A stretch of 64,000 nucleotides of DNA from Patescibacteria group bacterium (GTDB lineage Bacteria; Patescibacteriota; Patescibacteriia; UBA1558; GWA2-36-10). The notes under the pieces are model-generated. The model was not told where the DNA came from and did no database searches. It saw only the letters and a list, made by a program, of their open reading frames with translations. Location: assembly GCA_018819405.1 (NCBI GenBank), contig JAHJQF010000001.1, positions 290,097-354,096 on the forward strand, written 5' to 3'. This document shows, piece by piece, positions 47,204 through 57,987 of the stretch. The translations under genes and the position numbers were made by a program. Positions within the stretch are counted from its first letter, which is position 1, and each line of letters begins with the position of its first letter.

Positions 47204-48375
47204 TCCTTGATGTTGTCGGCGAAACTTTCGCCAAGAGGAATAGGATTGGCTCCTATTAGGTGACAGACGGTCTGTCCTAGATCGGCGAAGCTCGCTCGGG
47301 TTCCCAAGTTTGAGCCTGGTCGATCGCCACCGTTCAGTGCCAGAAGAGGTACGTACTCTCGCGTATGTCCCCGGATCGCTATGACTGGATCGCAGCCATG
47401 GTCGGCTACAATCAGCAGAAGATCGTCACGACCGATCATCGGCAGAACTTCGCCAAGTCTTTGGTCGAAGTACATAAGATCACGGGCATATTGACGTGGC
47501 TTACGCGCGTGGCCGGACATATCGAAGTCCGGCACAACGAACATGGCCGCGCCATCACCACCGGTTCCTAAGTGTCTAAGGACAGCGTCCATGACACCAG
47601 CCGAGTCCATGACACCGGGAATTGTCTCGGTGACGAACTCATCGCCTATCACTGAAGCGAGGTGTTCGGTAACCGTGAAAGGCATTCCGACTTCTCGTAT
47701 TCGGCGGAAGAGGTGTTCACGGTTCTTATCAAGTGGCACGACAATATCAGCTCGGTTCTCGGTGCGGACAAAGTCGCCTTTTTCACCGATGAAGGCTCGA
47801 GCGATGATTCTCGTGACATTTTTCCCGATGAAGAAACGAGACATCTTCCAGGCAACGTCATGTAGCCTGGCGGGCGGAACAACACTTTCGTGAGCCGCCA
47901 CCAAGACTACACCGTCATCGCAGGTGTAGACGATTGGCTGGCCTGTTGCGAAATGTTGGTCAGCGCATTCGTCAAACACCTTGAAACCGGAAACGTAGGC
48001 ATTACACAGTGTTAGGGTGCCTATGGCCTGTTGCATTTGCCGCACCAGGTCAGCTGACATCCTAGGGTAGAACGACGCGAATCGTTCTGCGAAGGTAACG
48101 CCTGCCATTTCCCAGACACCAGCAAAGGTGTCGTTTCCTGAGGTTATCTCGGTCATGCGTCCGTAGTGAGCCAGGGGATAATCAACCGTCGGTACATTAT
48201 TGACGCCGACGATATTACCAAAGCCTAGCCTCTCCAAGTTGGGAACTCGGAAGTCCGGGAGCGATTCAGCTGCGTGATGGAATGTGTTAGCGCCAACGCT
48301 CTTGTAGTCTGCTGCGTCAGGCTGAGCGCCGATGCCGACGCTATCCATCACTAGGATAATTATGCGTCGAAACAT
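47200..48375 (-). CDS. Phosphopentomutase-like enzyme
   Basis: VMDSVGIGAQPDA, GNDT, DFDMSGH, ADHGCDP, HTREYVPLL. Confidence 0.85.
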   Translation of the reverse strand: MFRRIIILVMDSVGIGAQPDAADYKSVGANTFHHAAESLPDFRVPNLERLGFGNIVGVNNVPTVDYPLAHYGRMTEITSGNDTFAGVWEMAGVTFAERFASFYPRMSADLVRQMQQAIGTLTLCNAYVSGFKVFDECADQHFATGQPIVYTCDDGVVLVAAHESVVPPARLHDVAWKMSRFFIGKNVTRIIARAFIGEKGDFVRTENRADIVVPLDKNREHLFRRIREVGMPFTVTEHLASVIGDEFVTETIPGVMDSAGVMDAVLRHLGTGGDGAAMFVVPDFDMSGHARKPRQYARDLMYFDQRLGEVLPMIGRDDLLLIVADHGCDPVIAIRGHTREYVPLLALNGGDRPGSNLGTRASFADLGQTVCHLIGANPIPLGESFADNIKE

Positions 48376-48396
48376 CGTTCTTTCCTTTCCGACTTT

Positions 48397-49479
48397 TCAG
48401 TCGAGCGCCACTGGTTGCCCAGTTTTCGCCGAAAGATAGATGGCATCAACGATGCTCATCAGTCTGCAGGCCTCCAGAGGGCTAGTCAGTGGTTCATCCT
48501 CTCCTTGTAGTGATCTAACGAAGTTGATTGCAGCAGCTACGCGTCCCATCGTATTATCGAAGGGGACAGAGATGTTCTGGTTATTCGGCTGACCATCTTC
48601 CTGTGAGTATACCTCACAGGTGCCGGTAATTGTATCACCGGCGTTATCTTGGAACAGTCTAGAAACCATAGCCCCAGCTTTCTGCCCTTGCAGGGTCACA
48701 AAGCATTTTTCTTCTCGAACCATTTCGGCCCAAGAAATGTGGAGCGTGAGCACTTGCCCAGTTTCGAAGGTGATGGTGGCGTGAGCACTTGATTCAACAT
48801 CCGTGACACCGTCTCCGTTTGGTACTCCGTAGGGACCTCTGCGCGAGGGGTCATCCATGAAGTCGTTGAAGGTTTGACCCAGCACATGTTTCGGTTTGGG
48901 GTAGCCCATAAAGTATAGGGCTAAGTCTAGCATGTGCATCAGATCCATTAGCGCTCCGCCACCGGCTATTTTCTGGTTGGTGAACCAGTTTCCGTATCCC
49001 GGAATACCTGATCTACGAACCCAAACAGCTTGGGCAGAATTGATCCGGCCAAAGAATCCACTGTTGATACGTTGGATGATCTCCAGTGATTCTGGCCGTG
49101 CTCGATTGTTGAAGTCAAACAGGAGTTGCCTGCCGGATGCGCGAGAAGCCGAGAACATCTCTTGAGCTTCATACGCGTTCATTGCCGGGGGCTTTTCACA
49201 GAACACGTGCTTCCCAGCTCTCAGAGCCTGAATAGTAAGTGTTTTGTGGTGTGCTGGAGGTGTGAGAATGCTGACAGCGTCAACATCCGAAGATGCTAGA
49301 GTCAGCATTTCCTCAAGTGAAGTGAAAACTCGTGGTATCTTCCACTCAGTTGCGGCTTTTTGGGCCGCGACTGGATTCGTGTCGGCAACGCAGGTTATCT
49401 CAGCACCAGCTGAACGGAATCCGTTAGCTTGGTACTTGAGCATTACGCCTGCACCGACGATGCCGATTTTTAGAGACAT
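48397..49479 (-). CDS. Gfo/Idh/MocA oxidoreductase
   Basis: GIVGAG, HVFCEKPPA, GGGALMDLMHMLD. Confidence 0.9.
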   Translation of the reverse strand: MSLKIGIVGAGVMLKYQANGFRSAGAEITCVADTNPVAAQKAATEWKIPRVFTSLEEMLTLASSDVDAVSILTPPAHHKTLTIQALRAGKHVFCEKPPAMNAYEAQEMFSASRASGRQLLFDFNNRARPESLEIIQRINSGFFGRINSAQAVWVRRSGIPGYGNWFTNQKIAGGGALMDLMHMLDLALYFMGYPKPKHVLGQTFNDFMDDPSRRGPYGVPNGDGVTDVESSAHATITFETGQVLTLHISWAEMVREEKCFVTLQGQKAGAMVSRLFQDNAGDTITGTCEVYSQEDGQPNNQNISVPFDNTMGRVAAAINFVRSLQGEDEPLTSPLEACRLMSIVDAIYLSAKTGQPVALD

Positions 49480-49491
49480 CGTTTTCTCCTT

Positions 49492-50298
49492 CTAGGTTTT
49501 GGTGCAGACGAAAGTTCCGCGTGATCTGTCCAATACGATTGGCAGCTCCCTGCTGGACAACAGATTTCTCATTTCTGCTGCCAGGGCAGATTTTGTAGCT
49601 GCATCGCTGGTCGCTTCTTGGAAACTTGGCAGGGTAGTGTAGTACAGCATGAAGCTGTCTACGTCAGGAAACACCATTTGGAAACCATAGAAGTGGTACC
49701 TTACATCTCCGAAGAGATTATCGAGGTACTCTCTGGCATTTCCGCAGTGGAAAGGTGAACGAGAAAGGCGTACGTTGGTTTCGATGCCAACGCGAGATAT
49801 TGCTTCTTGATGGCATACTCTCAGTAGGTCATCGTCAGGAGTTTTTACTCCAGTTGTAATAATCACCTTTCCCTTTTTTCTGACTACTCGTAGTGATTCT
49901 CTTAACCCATGTTCAAGATCATCCACGTGATTCAGAACGTGTTTGGCAACTACCACATCAAATTGATCATCGCCGAAAGGCAGATTTTCAATTGACGCAA
50001 TAGCGCACAGGGGTGTGCTGATCGTGTTACAAGCTCTCTGGCAAGTGATACTCAACAGTGCTTGTGAAATATCTACGGCAAAGACTTTCCCGCCTTTGTT
50101 CAGTCGTTGGGTGATTATGGCAACATCTCTTCCGGTTCCCGAGCCAGCATCTAATACCAGCTCATCGCCCTCGAAGTGGATGAAGTCTATGCCATATTTA
50201 CCAGCGCCGACGCCGTATCTATCCCAAGCAAGCTCTCTGTTGAGTAGATTGCGCGCAGTCCCGTACTGGGCCTGCGGATCACTGTATTTGATCCTCAT
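49492..50298 (-). CDS. Class I SAM-dependent methyltransferase
   Basis: VLDAGSGTG; LPFGDDQFDVV. Confidence 0.88.
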   Translation of the reverse strand: MRIKYSDPQAQYGTARNLLNRELAWDRYGVGAGKYGIDFIHFEGDELVLDAGSGTGRDVAIITQRLNKGGKVFAVDISQALLSITCQRACNTISTPLCAIASIENLPFGDDQFDVVVAKHVLNHVDDLEHGLRESLRVVRKKGKVIITTGVKTPDDDLLRVCHQEAISRVGIETNVRLSRSPFHCGNAREYLDNLFGDVRYHFYGFQMVFPDVDSFMLYYTTLPSFQEATSDAATKSALAAEMRNLLSSRELPIVLDRSRGTFVCTKT

Positions 50299-50385
50299 GT
50301 CTATCTACTCCTTGTCAAGGTACAGCGTCAAACAATTTTGACTTTACAAAGTACCAGAAAACGGTTATTATGTCAACATAAGAAT

Positions 50386-50781
50386 ATGACTAAAAAGACG
50401 CAAAAAACAACTGTAAAAGCACTATTTGAGAAGGATAAAAGAATCCTTCTTGTTAAAGACCCTAAAGGTGTTTGGGAGATGCCCGGTGGTCGTATAGAGC
50501 ATGGTGAAACTCCAGAAAAAGCCCTAAAAAGAGAACTTAAAGAAGAGCTTGGCTGGAATAATGTAGATATTAAAAATATAGTTGACTCATGGACATTTTC
50601 TTCAGAAGTTGATGATACTAATTACCATTTTATTATTTTGACTTATGTTTGTGATTTTGGTGAAGAAGAAATAAAAGAAAATGACGAATATACAGAGTAT
50701 AGATGGGTGCCAGTTGATGAGATTGATGGGCTGAATATGAGGGATGGTTATAAGAAAACAATTAAGAAATTTATAGGTTAG
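50386..50781 (+). CDS. NUDIX hydrolase
   Basis: PGGRIEHGETPEKALKRELKEELG. Confidence 0.88.
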   Translation: MTKKTQKTTVKALFEKDKRILLVKDPKGVWEMPGGRIEHGETPEKALKRELKEELGWNNVDIKNIVDSWTFSSEVDDTNYHFIILTYVCDFGEEEIKENDEYTEYRWVPVDEIDGLNMRDGYKKTIKKFIG

Positions 50782-51039
50782 TTCTAACCTAAAATAATCA
50801 AATACTACTCAGTGGCATTTCCATAGCAGGGGATGTCATTTTTGGTATGTCACCCAGCCCCTCGCGAGGAGCTGGGTCAAAATCGTTTAAATTAGAATAT
50901 AAAAAACCGAGAGATTATTAGGTATAATAAATCATTTTTATGGTATTTTTGCTATTTGACAAATATATATATAGTTTATAGTCTTAAGATGATCATCGTT
51001 ATTTCCGTGGGTTGCTAAAGCAAAGGAAGGAAGCGGATT

Positions 51040-51435
51040 ATGACACTCCAAAAGTTTAGCGAGTTGGTGCTCAAGGTTTTTGGTCACGCAACAGACTTTG
51101 AAGATGTTACCGACAGAAGTCCCGTGTATTATCCTGACGATTTTACCTGTTGGGAGACACATCTGAGGGCAAGCGTTGAGGTGGCTGGTGGGCCCGTTGA
51201 AGTGCACGCCTACTATCTTGGCGGATGTATCACTTGGACTGGGAAGGATGACTGGTATGGATTTAGAAAACATAATGCCATCCAGCGTGATGATACTGAA
51301 ACTGCCTTACGTACTTTGCATTGTATGTTGCATTTTGGTTATAGCCAGTCAAAAATTCTCCATTTACCAGATGGAAGCACCTTGGGACCCATTTGGGGGA
51401 CCAGCCATGAAGATTTGCGAGCTGAGATTACATAG
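51040..51435 (+). CDS. Hypothetical protein with its own promoter
   Basis: TTGACA near 50956; AGGAAGG RBS. Confidence 0.55.
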   Translation: MTLQKFSELVLKVFGHATDFEDVTDRSPVYYPDDFTCWETHLRASVEVAGGPVEVHAYYLGGCITWTGKDDWYGFRKHNAIQRDDTETALRTLHCMLHFGYSQSKILHLPDGSTLGPIWGTSHEDLRAEIT

Positions 51436-51754
51436 CCAGCTGGCAACTCAGACCGTGGTGGCCTCGTCAATTCGGACGGGGCCTTTCATTTTATAAAGCT
51501 ATGTTTAATTCTAACGCTCCAAAAATAAAAAATAATTTAAAATATCTTTGCATTACAAAATTGTCAGTTCAGCTATATAAACATCAGTTCAGTTCCGATA
51601 CGCTCCCTGCCCGCCATCGCTACGCCCAGGCGTAGCAGGCGGGTACTGTGGCACCCCAGTCAAAAGCTCCCAATTTCATTGGGGATTTTTGATACCCAGA
51701 AATAGAGTTAGAATTGGCAATGTGGTATAATGAATGTGTTATTAAAATAAAAAT

Positions 51755-52813
51755 ATGAAACTAAATCAAAAAGGATTCAATGATGTTATAATGGTAACTA
51801 TCATTGGAGGAATAATAGGGTCTTTGTTTATCACAGGAGTTTTTGTCTGGAAAGAGATAGATAAACAAAATACTTTAAATAATTTGTATAATCAATTATC
51901 TAGAGTTGTTAAGGTTAATAATGAGAAAGACAAGGAGGTTGCTACAAAAGATAAACAAGAGATAAATATAGATGATTGGATAAAATATAATGATTCTATA
52001 AATAAAATAAGTTTTGAGTATCCCCCAACTTATGAGATTCGCAATAAAGAAGAATCAGGAATTATTATGGTGGGCTTAATTGGTAGTTTTGACAGAGAAA
52101 CAGAGATTTTTCCATTAGCTAGTATATACACAGTTGAAGAATACAATCCAGAAATAAAAGGAGAAAAGTTTAATTCTTTAGAGGGCATTAAAAAGGCATT
52201 TAATTCTTTAAAAGAAAGGTGTAATAGTCCCGAGATATGTGATGTTACATATATTGAAGATATACAAGTAGATAATAGGCCTGGCTTAAAAGTTGGTCGT
52301 GAAGGAGTTATGGAAGATATAATTATAATTATTTCAACTCCAAGTGATAATTTTATAGTGATATATAGTTATTCAGATTTACCTGATATTTTTAACTCTT
52401 TTATTAAAACTTTCAAATTTTTAGATGGAGAGGAGCGGCCAGTTTATAATTTAAAAAATTTTAATATCAGTTTATCTGTGCCTAGAGATTATGTATCATC
52501 AGATGATTTTAATAAAACAGACATAAAGTTTTACGGCTTTTGTAAACAGGGGTGCATTACAATTAAACAAATAGATGAAAATTTAGAGGATTATATTAGT
52601 AATGTGACAGAAGGTCCATTTTCAGAGCTAATAAGTAGAGAAGTCGTAACGGTTGATGGAATTGAGGCAACAAAATTTGTTGCTAGCTCTGATATAGGTA
52701 TTGATTATAATTACGTTTATTTTATAAAGGGCGATAACAAATATGTAATATCAAGTCAGGATTTTATAAATGAATTTGACGACGTTATTGATTCAGTTAA
52801 ATTTTTAAAATAA
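51755..52813 (+). CDS. Prepilin-like N-terminus + PsbP-like surface domains
   Basis: NQKGF + TM helix; WIKYND...ISFEYP; first about 55 aa shared with 59072-59989. Confidence 0.65.
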   Translation: MKLNQKGFNDVIMVTIIGGIIGSLFITGVFVWKEIDKQNTLNNLYNQLSRVVKVNNEKDKEVATKDKQEINIDDWIKYNDSINKISFEYPPTYEIRNKEESGIIMVGLIGSFDRETEIFPLASIYTVEEYNPEIKGEKFNSLEGIKKAFNSLKERCNSPEICDVTYIEDIQVDNRPGLKVGREGVMEDIIIIISTPSDNFIVIYSYSDLPDIFNSFIKTFKFLDGEERPVYNLKNFNISLSVPRDYVSSDDFNKTDIKFYGFCKQGCITIKQIDENLEDYISNVTEGPFSELISREVVTVDGIEATKFVASSDIGIDYNYVYFIKGDNKYVISSQDFINEFDDVIDSVKFLK

Positions 52814-52994
52814 ATTATTTAAATCTCCAACAAATAATCTAATCTTCGCAAATCATCATCGTCATACTTATCATAAAAAGTTCTGAAAGTGTCCCATATG
52901 CGATCCTATCAAAGAATCATTCCAAAATGAATGGTTTTTTGATATCCCTAAAATAGAGTTAGAACTAAAAGTATAAATTTGTTATAATTATGTT

Positions 52995-53987
52995 ATGAAA
53001 ATAATTTTTCCAAAAAAACTTAGCCAAGGCGATGAAGTAAGGGTCATAGCCCCTTCACGTTCTATGGCTATTATATCCGATCAATTAAAAAGTATAGCCA
53101 ATAAACGTTTTGCTGGTCTTGGTTTAAAATTAAGTTTTGGAAGAAACATAAATAAAAAAGACACATTCCTCTCATCTAATATAAAAGATAGAGTCAGTGA
53201 CTTGCACCAGGCATTTTCTGACAAAAATGTTAAAGCTATTATTACAGTAATAGGGGGATTTAGTAGTAATCAGTTATTGGATTATATAGACTGGCAATTG
53301 ATAAAAAGTAACCCTAAAATTTTATGTGGTTATTCTGATATTACTATTTTGAACAATGCTATTTTTCAAAAGGCAGGGTTAGTAAGTTATTATGGGCCAC
53401 ATTATTCTACATTTGGTCAAGAGTTATATTTTGATTATACATTAGATTATTTCAAGAAATGTTTGATGCAAAAAGACACTTTTAAAATTATACCCAGCAA
53501 AAACTGGAGTGATGATGAATGGTATAAAAATCAAAAAGGGAGAAAGCTAGTAAAAAACACTGGTTGGAAGATAATAAACAGTGGTAAGGCGAAGGGCACT
53601 TCTTTAGGTGGTAATTTATGCACCTTTAATCTACTACAGGGCACATCTTATTTTCCCAACATTAAAAATAGCATTTTATTTTTTGAAGATGATGAATTCG
53701 GTGGAAGTTATTCGGCTGTAGAGTTTGATCGAAATTTACAATCAGTAATTCAGCAACCAGGATTTAGCGGAGTAAAAGGAATCATTATTGGTAGGTTTCA
53801 AAAAGCCAGCGAAATGGATTTGATAAAAATTAGGCATATAATAAAATCAAAAAAAGAATTATCAAAGATACCAGTTATTTGTAATGTAGATTTTGGGCAC
53901 ACTGATCCCAAGATAACCTTTCCTATAGGTGGTACAGTAGAAATTGTTGCTAGTAAAGCACCAAGAATTGAATTTATAAAACATTAA
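52995..53987 (+). CDS. S66 peptidase (LD-carboxypeptidase/MccF family)
   Basis: IAPS, GYSDIT, GGNL, FFED, DFGHT. Confidence 0.9.
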   Translation: MKIIFPKKLSQGDEVRVIAPSRSMAIISDQLKSIANKRFAGLGLKLSFGRNINKKDTFLSSNIKDRVSDLHQAFSDKNVKAIITVIGGFSSNQLLDYIDWQLIKSNPKILCGYSDITILNNAIFQKAGLVSYYGPHYSTFGQELYFDYTLDYFKKCLMQKDTFKIIPSKNWSDDEWYKNQKGRKLVKNTGWKIINSGKAKGTSLGGNLCTFNLLQGTSYFPNIKNSILFFEDDEFGGSYSAVEFDRNLQSVIQQPGFSGVKGIIIGRFQKASEMDLIKIRHIIKSKKELSKIPVICNVDFGHTDPKITFPIGGTVEIVASKAPRIEFIKH

Positions 53988-54121
53988 GCATAGGGATTTT
54001 TATATTATCCATTACAAAGAACGAAGTCCTAATACGCTCCACAGTGCGACCCCATAGAAGAAATCGCTCTAAAAGCGGTTTTTTGATATAATGAAAATAT
54101 TAATTTATTTAAAATATAATT

Positions 54122-54454
54122 ATGAATATTTTAATAACAGGGGCAGCTACAGGAATAGGGAAATCTTTGGCAGATAAATTTTCTAAAGAAGGGTATACAG
54201 TTATAAGCACTTATCATACCACCAAAGGACCTGGCTATCATTTGGATTTATCAAATGAGTCAGATATTAAAACATTGGTCAATAATATAGGTGTGTCTAC
54301 TGATAAGGTGGTCGAGGTAGTGTATAACACGGCGATGAATAAATATAAGTTAAAAAATGGAGCAGATATCAAAGTAAGAGATTATAGATTTGGTACATAC
54401 TTACGTATTCCTTTTATTGTAGCTAGAAAAGTTAAAAAATTAGCATTTAGTTAA
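54122..54454 (+). pseudogene. SDR oxidoreductase remnant (internal deletion)
   Basis: ITGAATGIG is present but the ORF is only 110 aa and lacks the central YxxxK region. Confidence 0.6.
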
Positions 54455-54588
54455 GAAAAAAGTTCTAATATCCCTGACTATGTCAACCCATCAAATAATT
54501 ATTCCATCAGTCAGTGGGTAGAGGAATGGTTTTTTGATTGTAAAATAAAAATTATGAGCGCGAGACATAACATCTCGCGCTCGTTTTT

Positions 54589-54969
54589 TCAGTTTATGCT
54601 CAGAGCCCATCGCACAAAGGGGTGAGTTTCTTCTTCGATAAGGTGTCGGATTTCGGGAATTTGGAGAAAATTGGGATCAATTTTCTCCAGCGAAAGCACA
54701 GCGTGACCGCGAGCCAGGTAGTGGTTGTCAGACAGTGCCTTGATGAGGCATTCCTTGGATCGGACCAGACCCAGATCACCTAGGCAGCGTATAGCATCGC
54801 AGCGGATGTAGTCGGTGTCGTCGGTGAGCACCAGATGTTCAACCAACACCACCACCCCCGGATCAGCGATTTTATCGTGCCAGACAATGTTGACAGCCGT
54901 ACCTTTCTGGTAAGGATCTGGGCAAACTAGCCAAGCTTTGAGTTTCACGGGGTCAAAATTCCTCTTCAT
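54589..54969 (-). CDS. HEAT-repeat protein
   Basis: IRCDAIRCLGDL; ARGHAVLSLEKI. Confidence 0.75.
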   Translation of the reverse strand: MKRNFDPVKLKAWLVCPDPYQKGTAVNIVWHDKIADPGVVVLVEHLVLTDDTDYIRCDAIRCLGDLGLVRSKECLIKALSDNHYLARGHAVLSLEKIDPNFLQIPEIRHLIEEETHPFVRWALSIN

Positions 54970-54973
54970 GGCT

Positions 54974-55480
54974 TTACCTTTCTAGCAGCTCTCTTAACTG
55001 CTTTAGCGTGTCTTCCATTTGGTAGAGTCGGATGCCAATCATAGGCACCCTTAGGCTTTGTTTATGCATCAAAGACTGCAATTCCTCAACGAAAATACCA
55101 CTACCTCTTAGGTGTTGTCTTTTTTCTCCGTAAATCAGATCTACGGCACAGGAAGGAGAAAAATCGATGCCTAAGACAGCCATCAGCTCGTTGCCGTTGT
55201 CTTTAAACAAGATCATCTGGCCTACTACTGTCTGAGCTAGTTGGCGACATACTGCCCGGTTACTTACCTTGTCATAGTGGGTCTTATGACAAGGCCTACG
55301 ACAAAAGCCGTCAAATATCAGCTCCGGACAGGGCATTTGTACCATGTTTATTTTATGCCTCGTAAGCATTTCTGTGACAGGGGTTATTATAGCCGGGTAT
55401 TTTCGGACAATACCTTGAGCCCTTACCCCTTGAGCTGTAGCACAAAAGGACAAAAAGACAAACCTTTTGCTTCTGTTCAT
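54974..55480 (-). CDS. DUF523-related (2-thiouracil desulfurase-like) protein
   Basis: FC...QMPCPE...SPSC...GIFVEEL. Confidence 0.65.
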   Translation of the reverse strand: MNRSKRFVFLSFCATAQGVRAQGIVRKYPAIITPVTEMLTRHKINMVQMPCPELIFDGFCRRPCHKTHYDKVSNRAVCRQLAQTVVGQMILFKDNGNELMAVLGIDFSPSCAVDLIYGEKRQHLRGSGIFVEELQSLMHKQSLRVPMIGIRLYQMEDTLKQLRELLER

Positions 55481-55500
55481 AGCCGGCCTCCTGTTAAGGT

Positions 55501-55968
55501 TTAGTCCAATTCCTCTATTTCAATTCCATGGGCTTGTAAAAGAGCCGCGAAGACTCCTAGACCTTTCTTTTTTTGTCCTGAGAAGTCCCCGGTATATATG
55601 TGAAGTGCCCCACAAGTGGGGCTACCGGATTTAAGTAACACTTTTTTTATTTCGTTTTTTTGAATAATATCCAAAGCAAGTTTTGCTCCCTTGATAAATA
55701 CTTCAGTGTAATCAATACCATATTTATCTACTATTTTGGCTTTACCAGCCAATACATCTTTGCCATCGCCGCTTGATATTTCGCAAGCAGGCCTGGGAGT
55801 TGGCAATCCAGCTAGCACTTCCGGGCATATTATCAGAGATTTGCCTTTTAAAAATTCTTTTATAGCTTTAGGATTATTTTTACCTTTTTCATTCCAGCGG
55901 CAGGGTATACCTAAGAGGCAAGCGCTTATTGCTTGATTTAAATTATCTTTGTTTTTATTGTCCTCCAT
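55501..55968 (-). CDS. DUF523 / 2-thiouracil desulfurase family protein
   Basis: SACLLGIPCRW, CPEVLAGLPTPR, LKSGSPTCG; start reassigned to ATG 55968. Confidence 0.85.
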   Translation of the reverse strand: MEDNKNKDNLNQAISACLLGIPCRWNEKGKNNPKAIKEFLKGKSLIICPEVLAGLPTPRPACEISSGDGKDVLAGKAKIVDKYGIDYTEVFIKGAKLALDIIQKNEIKKVLLKSGSPTCGALHIYTGDFSGQKKKGLGVFAALLQAHGIEIEELD

Positions 55969-56036
55969 ATATTTTAGCAAACTATTATTTTTGCTGGAGA
56001 GGGGAGATTTTTCATCACCCCTCTCTGGGGGATTGA

Positions 56037-56804
56037 CTAAGGCTGCAGAGTGCTCTCGCAGGCCATGATGCGTTTCAGGACTTCGGCCGTATAGCGGGTG
56101 ATCTCCTCGGGTTTGGCCGTGGAAAATGAGTCGGACCACATGCAGACCGGTTCCTGCTTGGGAATGTAGACACCAAGTTCGGCGAGCATTTGGTTGACCA
56201 CCGGCTTGTCGGCCAGGATATCATAGAGAGGCGAGAGGTAGGTCAAGCCGAAGTCGGCATAAATTTTCTTGAGGGGGACCATAAATTCATCGGTCTGTTC
56301 GGGGTAGTCCTTCTGGCGTTCGGCATAGCCGTCGAGGATCAGATGGATGCCGAGCTCCTGGGCGTATCGGGCGGCGGAGTAGTTCATGATCAGCTTGCAG
56401 GCCAGGCAGATCAGCAGTGTGCTGAAGCTGCGTTCTCTGAAATCGGCTTCAATTTGCTGCATACCGACTTGGCGCATCATCATGCTAACGCGTTTCATCT
56501 CGAAGATGATGTCGTTTCCAGGGTTGAGGTCTTGGATTATGCGCAGCTGCCGCTTGGTGGAATCCAGTCGACTGAGCAGGCCGTTGTCGATCAGGAGAAG
56601 ATGGAGTTGGCTGGCCGGAAAGGCCTTACAGAAAGCAGCGGCCACAGCACTGCTGTCACGTCCGCCGGAAAAAAGCAGGACAGCGCGTCCGTCAAAGTCG
56701 GGGACAGAGTTTATGATCCTTTCATGCACCAGCTGGATAGCTTGAGTCGCTAGTTCCTTCATTTCGTGCTCCAATCGTTGGTGTTGTTGATTGTGGGTGA
56801 ACAA
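56037..56804 (-). CDS. PP-loop ATPase (QueC/ThiI/ArgG-like)
   Basis: LFSGGRDS; CLACK; YPEQ. Confidence 0.75.
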   Translation of the reverse strand: MFTHNQQHQRLEHEMKELATQAIQLVHERIINSVPDFDGRAVLLFSGGRDSSAVAAAFCKAFPASQLHLLLIDNGLLSRLDSTKRQLRIIQDLNPGNDIIFEMKRVSMMMRQVGMQQIEADFRERSFSTLLICLACKLIMNYSAARYAQELGIHLILDGYAERQKDYPEQTDEFMVPLKKIYADFGLTYLSPLYDILADKPVVNQMLAELGVYIPKQEPVCMWSDSFSTAKPEEITRYTAEVLKRIMACESTLQP

Positions 56805-57040
56805 AGTGCTGTTGTCTGAACTTTACTTGAAATTAGCAAAAAAATCAAGTTAAATTTTTGGTAAAAAAATATCGTTCAAAACAAACTACAACGCATTTAC
56901 TATTTGTTCTACTGTGCCACCCCATCCCGTATAGCTACTTCGTAGCCACGGGACGCGGTCAAAAAGTGAGCTTCCGCCAGCTGGCGGATAGCTCGTTTTT
57001 TGATTTTTTGATATAATGAATTTGTTATTAAAATAAAAAC

Positions 57041-57416
57041 ATGAAGCTAGATAAAAAAACTTATTTATTGTGTTAGTATCTTTTCTTGCATTTCTTATAG
57101 TTAGGAATACTTATGACCCTAGTGTTAAATTACAAGTTATAAAAGTCGCATTACTTTTAACAACTTTAACATTTATTATAAAAGAAGCCTTTTTTAATCT
57201 AAAAGAATTAAAAAATCCTTTCAATACCCCTACTCTATATTTTTAATTATATTAGGATCTTTAGGATTCTTTTTATTTGTGTTTAATAAATCTAAAAAAT
57301 TTCAGAAGTTTATTATTAAAAGGTATCAGTCTTTTTCAAAAATTATTTTTTATACTTTTATGCTGGCTTTTATTTTTTTAATTACATCTATGATTACTCC
57401 ATTTATTTGGGGCTAG
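57041..57416 (+). pseudogene. Frameshifted membrane protein gene
   Basis: ATG follows the shared leader; frame breaks in the A-run near 57053-57059 and again near 57240; hydrophobic pieces continue in other frames. Confidence 0.5.
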
Positions 57417-57651
57417 GATATTTTTTTTCTTTATTAAAAATGTTAAAAATTAAGAATACTATATTGTAATTTTCCCCAATCCATGGTTCCCGCCTACGCT
57501 TTCGGGAGGCGTTTTTATTTAGCTTAAAATAGAGCTAGGTTTGAAAATACGATATAATTACAGCTAGTATAAAACCATTTAAATAGCCATAATAGTAGCT
57601 TTGTGGTATATTATGTCTATAGACATAGCATAACTATTAAATAAAAATATT

Positions 57652-57987
57652 ATGAAACTTTTAATAAATTGGTTAATTTTGACCTTAGCGGTGTTAGGGA
57701 CTTCGTATATTTTACCAGGCGTTTCTATTGGTGGTTTTTGGGCGGCTTTGATAACAGCTTTGGTGTTGGGTGTTGTAAATGCATTTATCAAGCCGATATT
57801 ATTGTTTTTGACTCTACCGATAAATATTTTGACACTAGGGCTTTTCACTTTTGTTATAAATGCATTATTAATACTTTTGGTATCAGCCATTGTTTCTGGT
57901 TTTAGTGTAGCAAATTTTTGGTGGGCACTTCTATTTAGTATAGTGATAACAGTTTTAGTTTATATTTTGAACAAAATAGTTAAATAA
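57652..57987 (+). CDS. Phage-holin-like (YvlD/DUF360) membrane protein
   Basis: NAFIKPILLFLTLPINILTLGLFTFVINA. Confidence 0.85.
   Translation: MKLLINWLILTLAVLGTSYILPGVSIGGFWAALITALVLGVVNAFIKPILLFLTLPINILTLGLFTFVINALLILLVSAIVSGFSVANFWWALLFSIVITVLVYILNKIVK

Noticed and set aside
55969-56139. N-terminal 57 aa of ORF 55501-56139
   Set aside because: It overlaps the upstream gene, and DUF523 similarity begins after ATG 55968.
56190-56753. Long + strand ORFs 56190-56753 and 56386-56745
   Set aside because: Antisense shadows of the GC-rich PP-loop gene.
57652-57987. Prophage suggested by the holin-like gene
   Set aside because: The YvlD-type family is common in chromosomes, and no structural or lysis phage genes are nearby.
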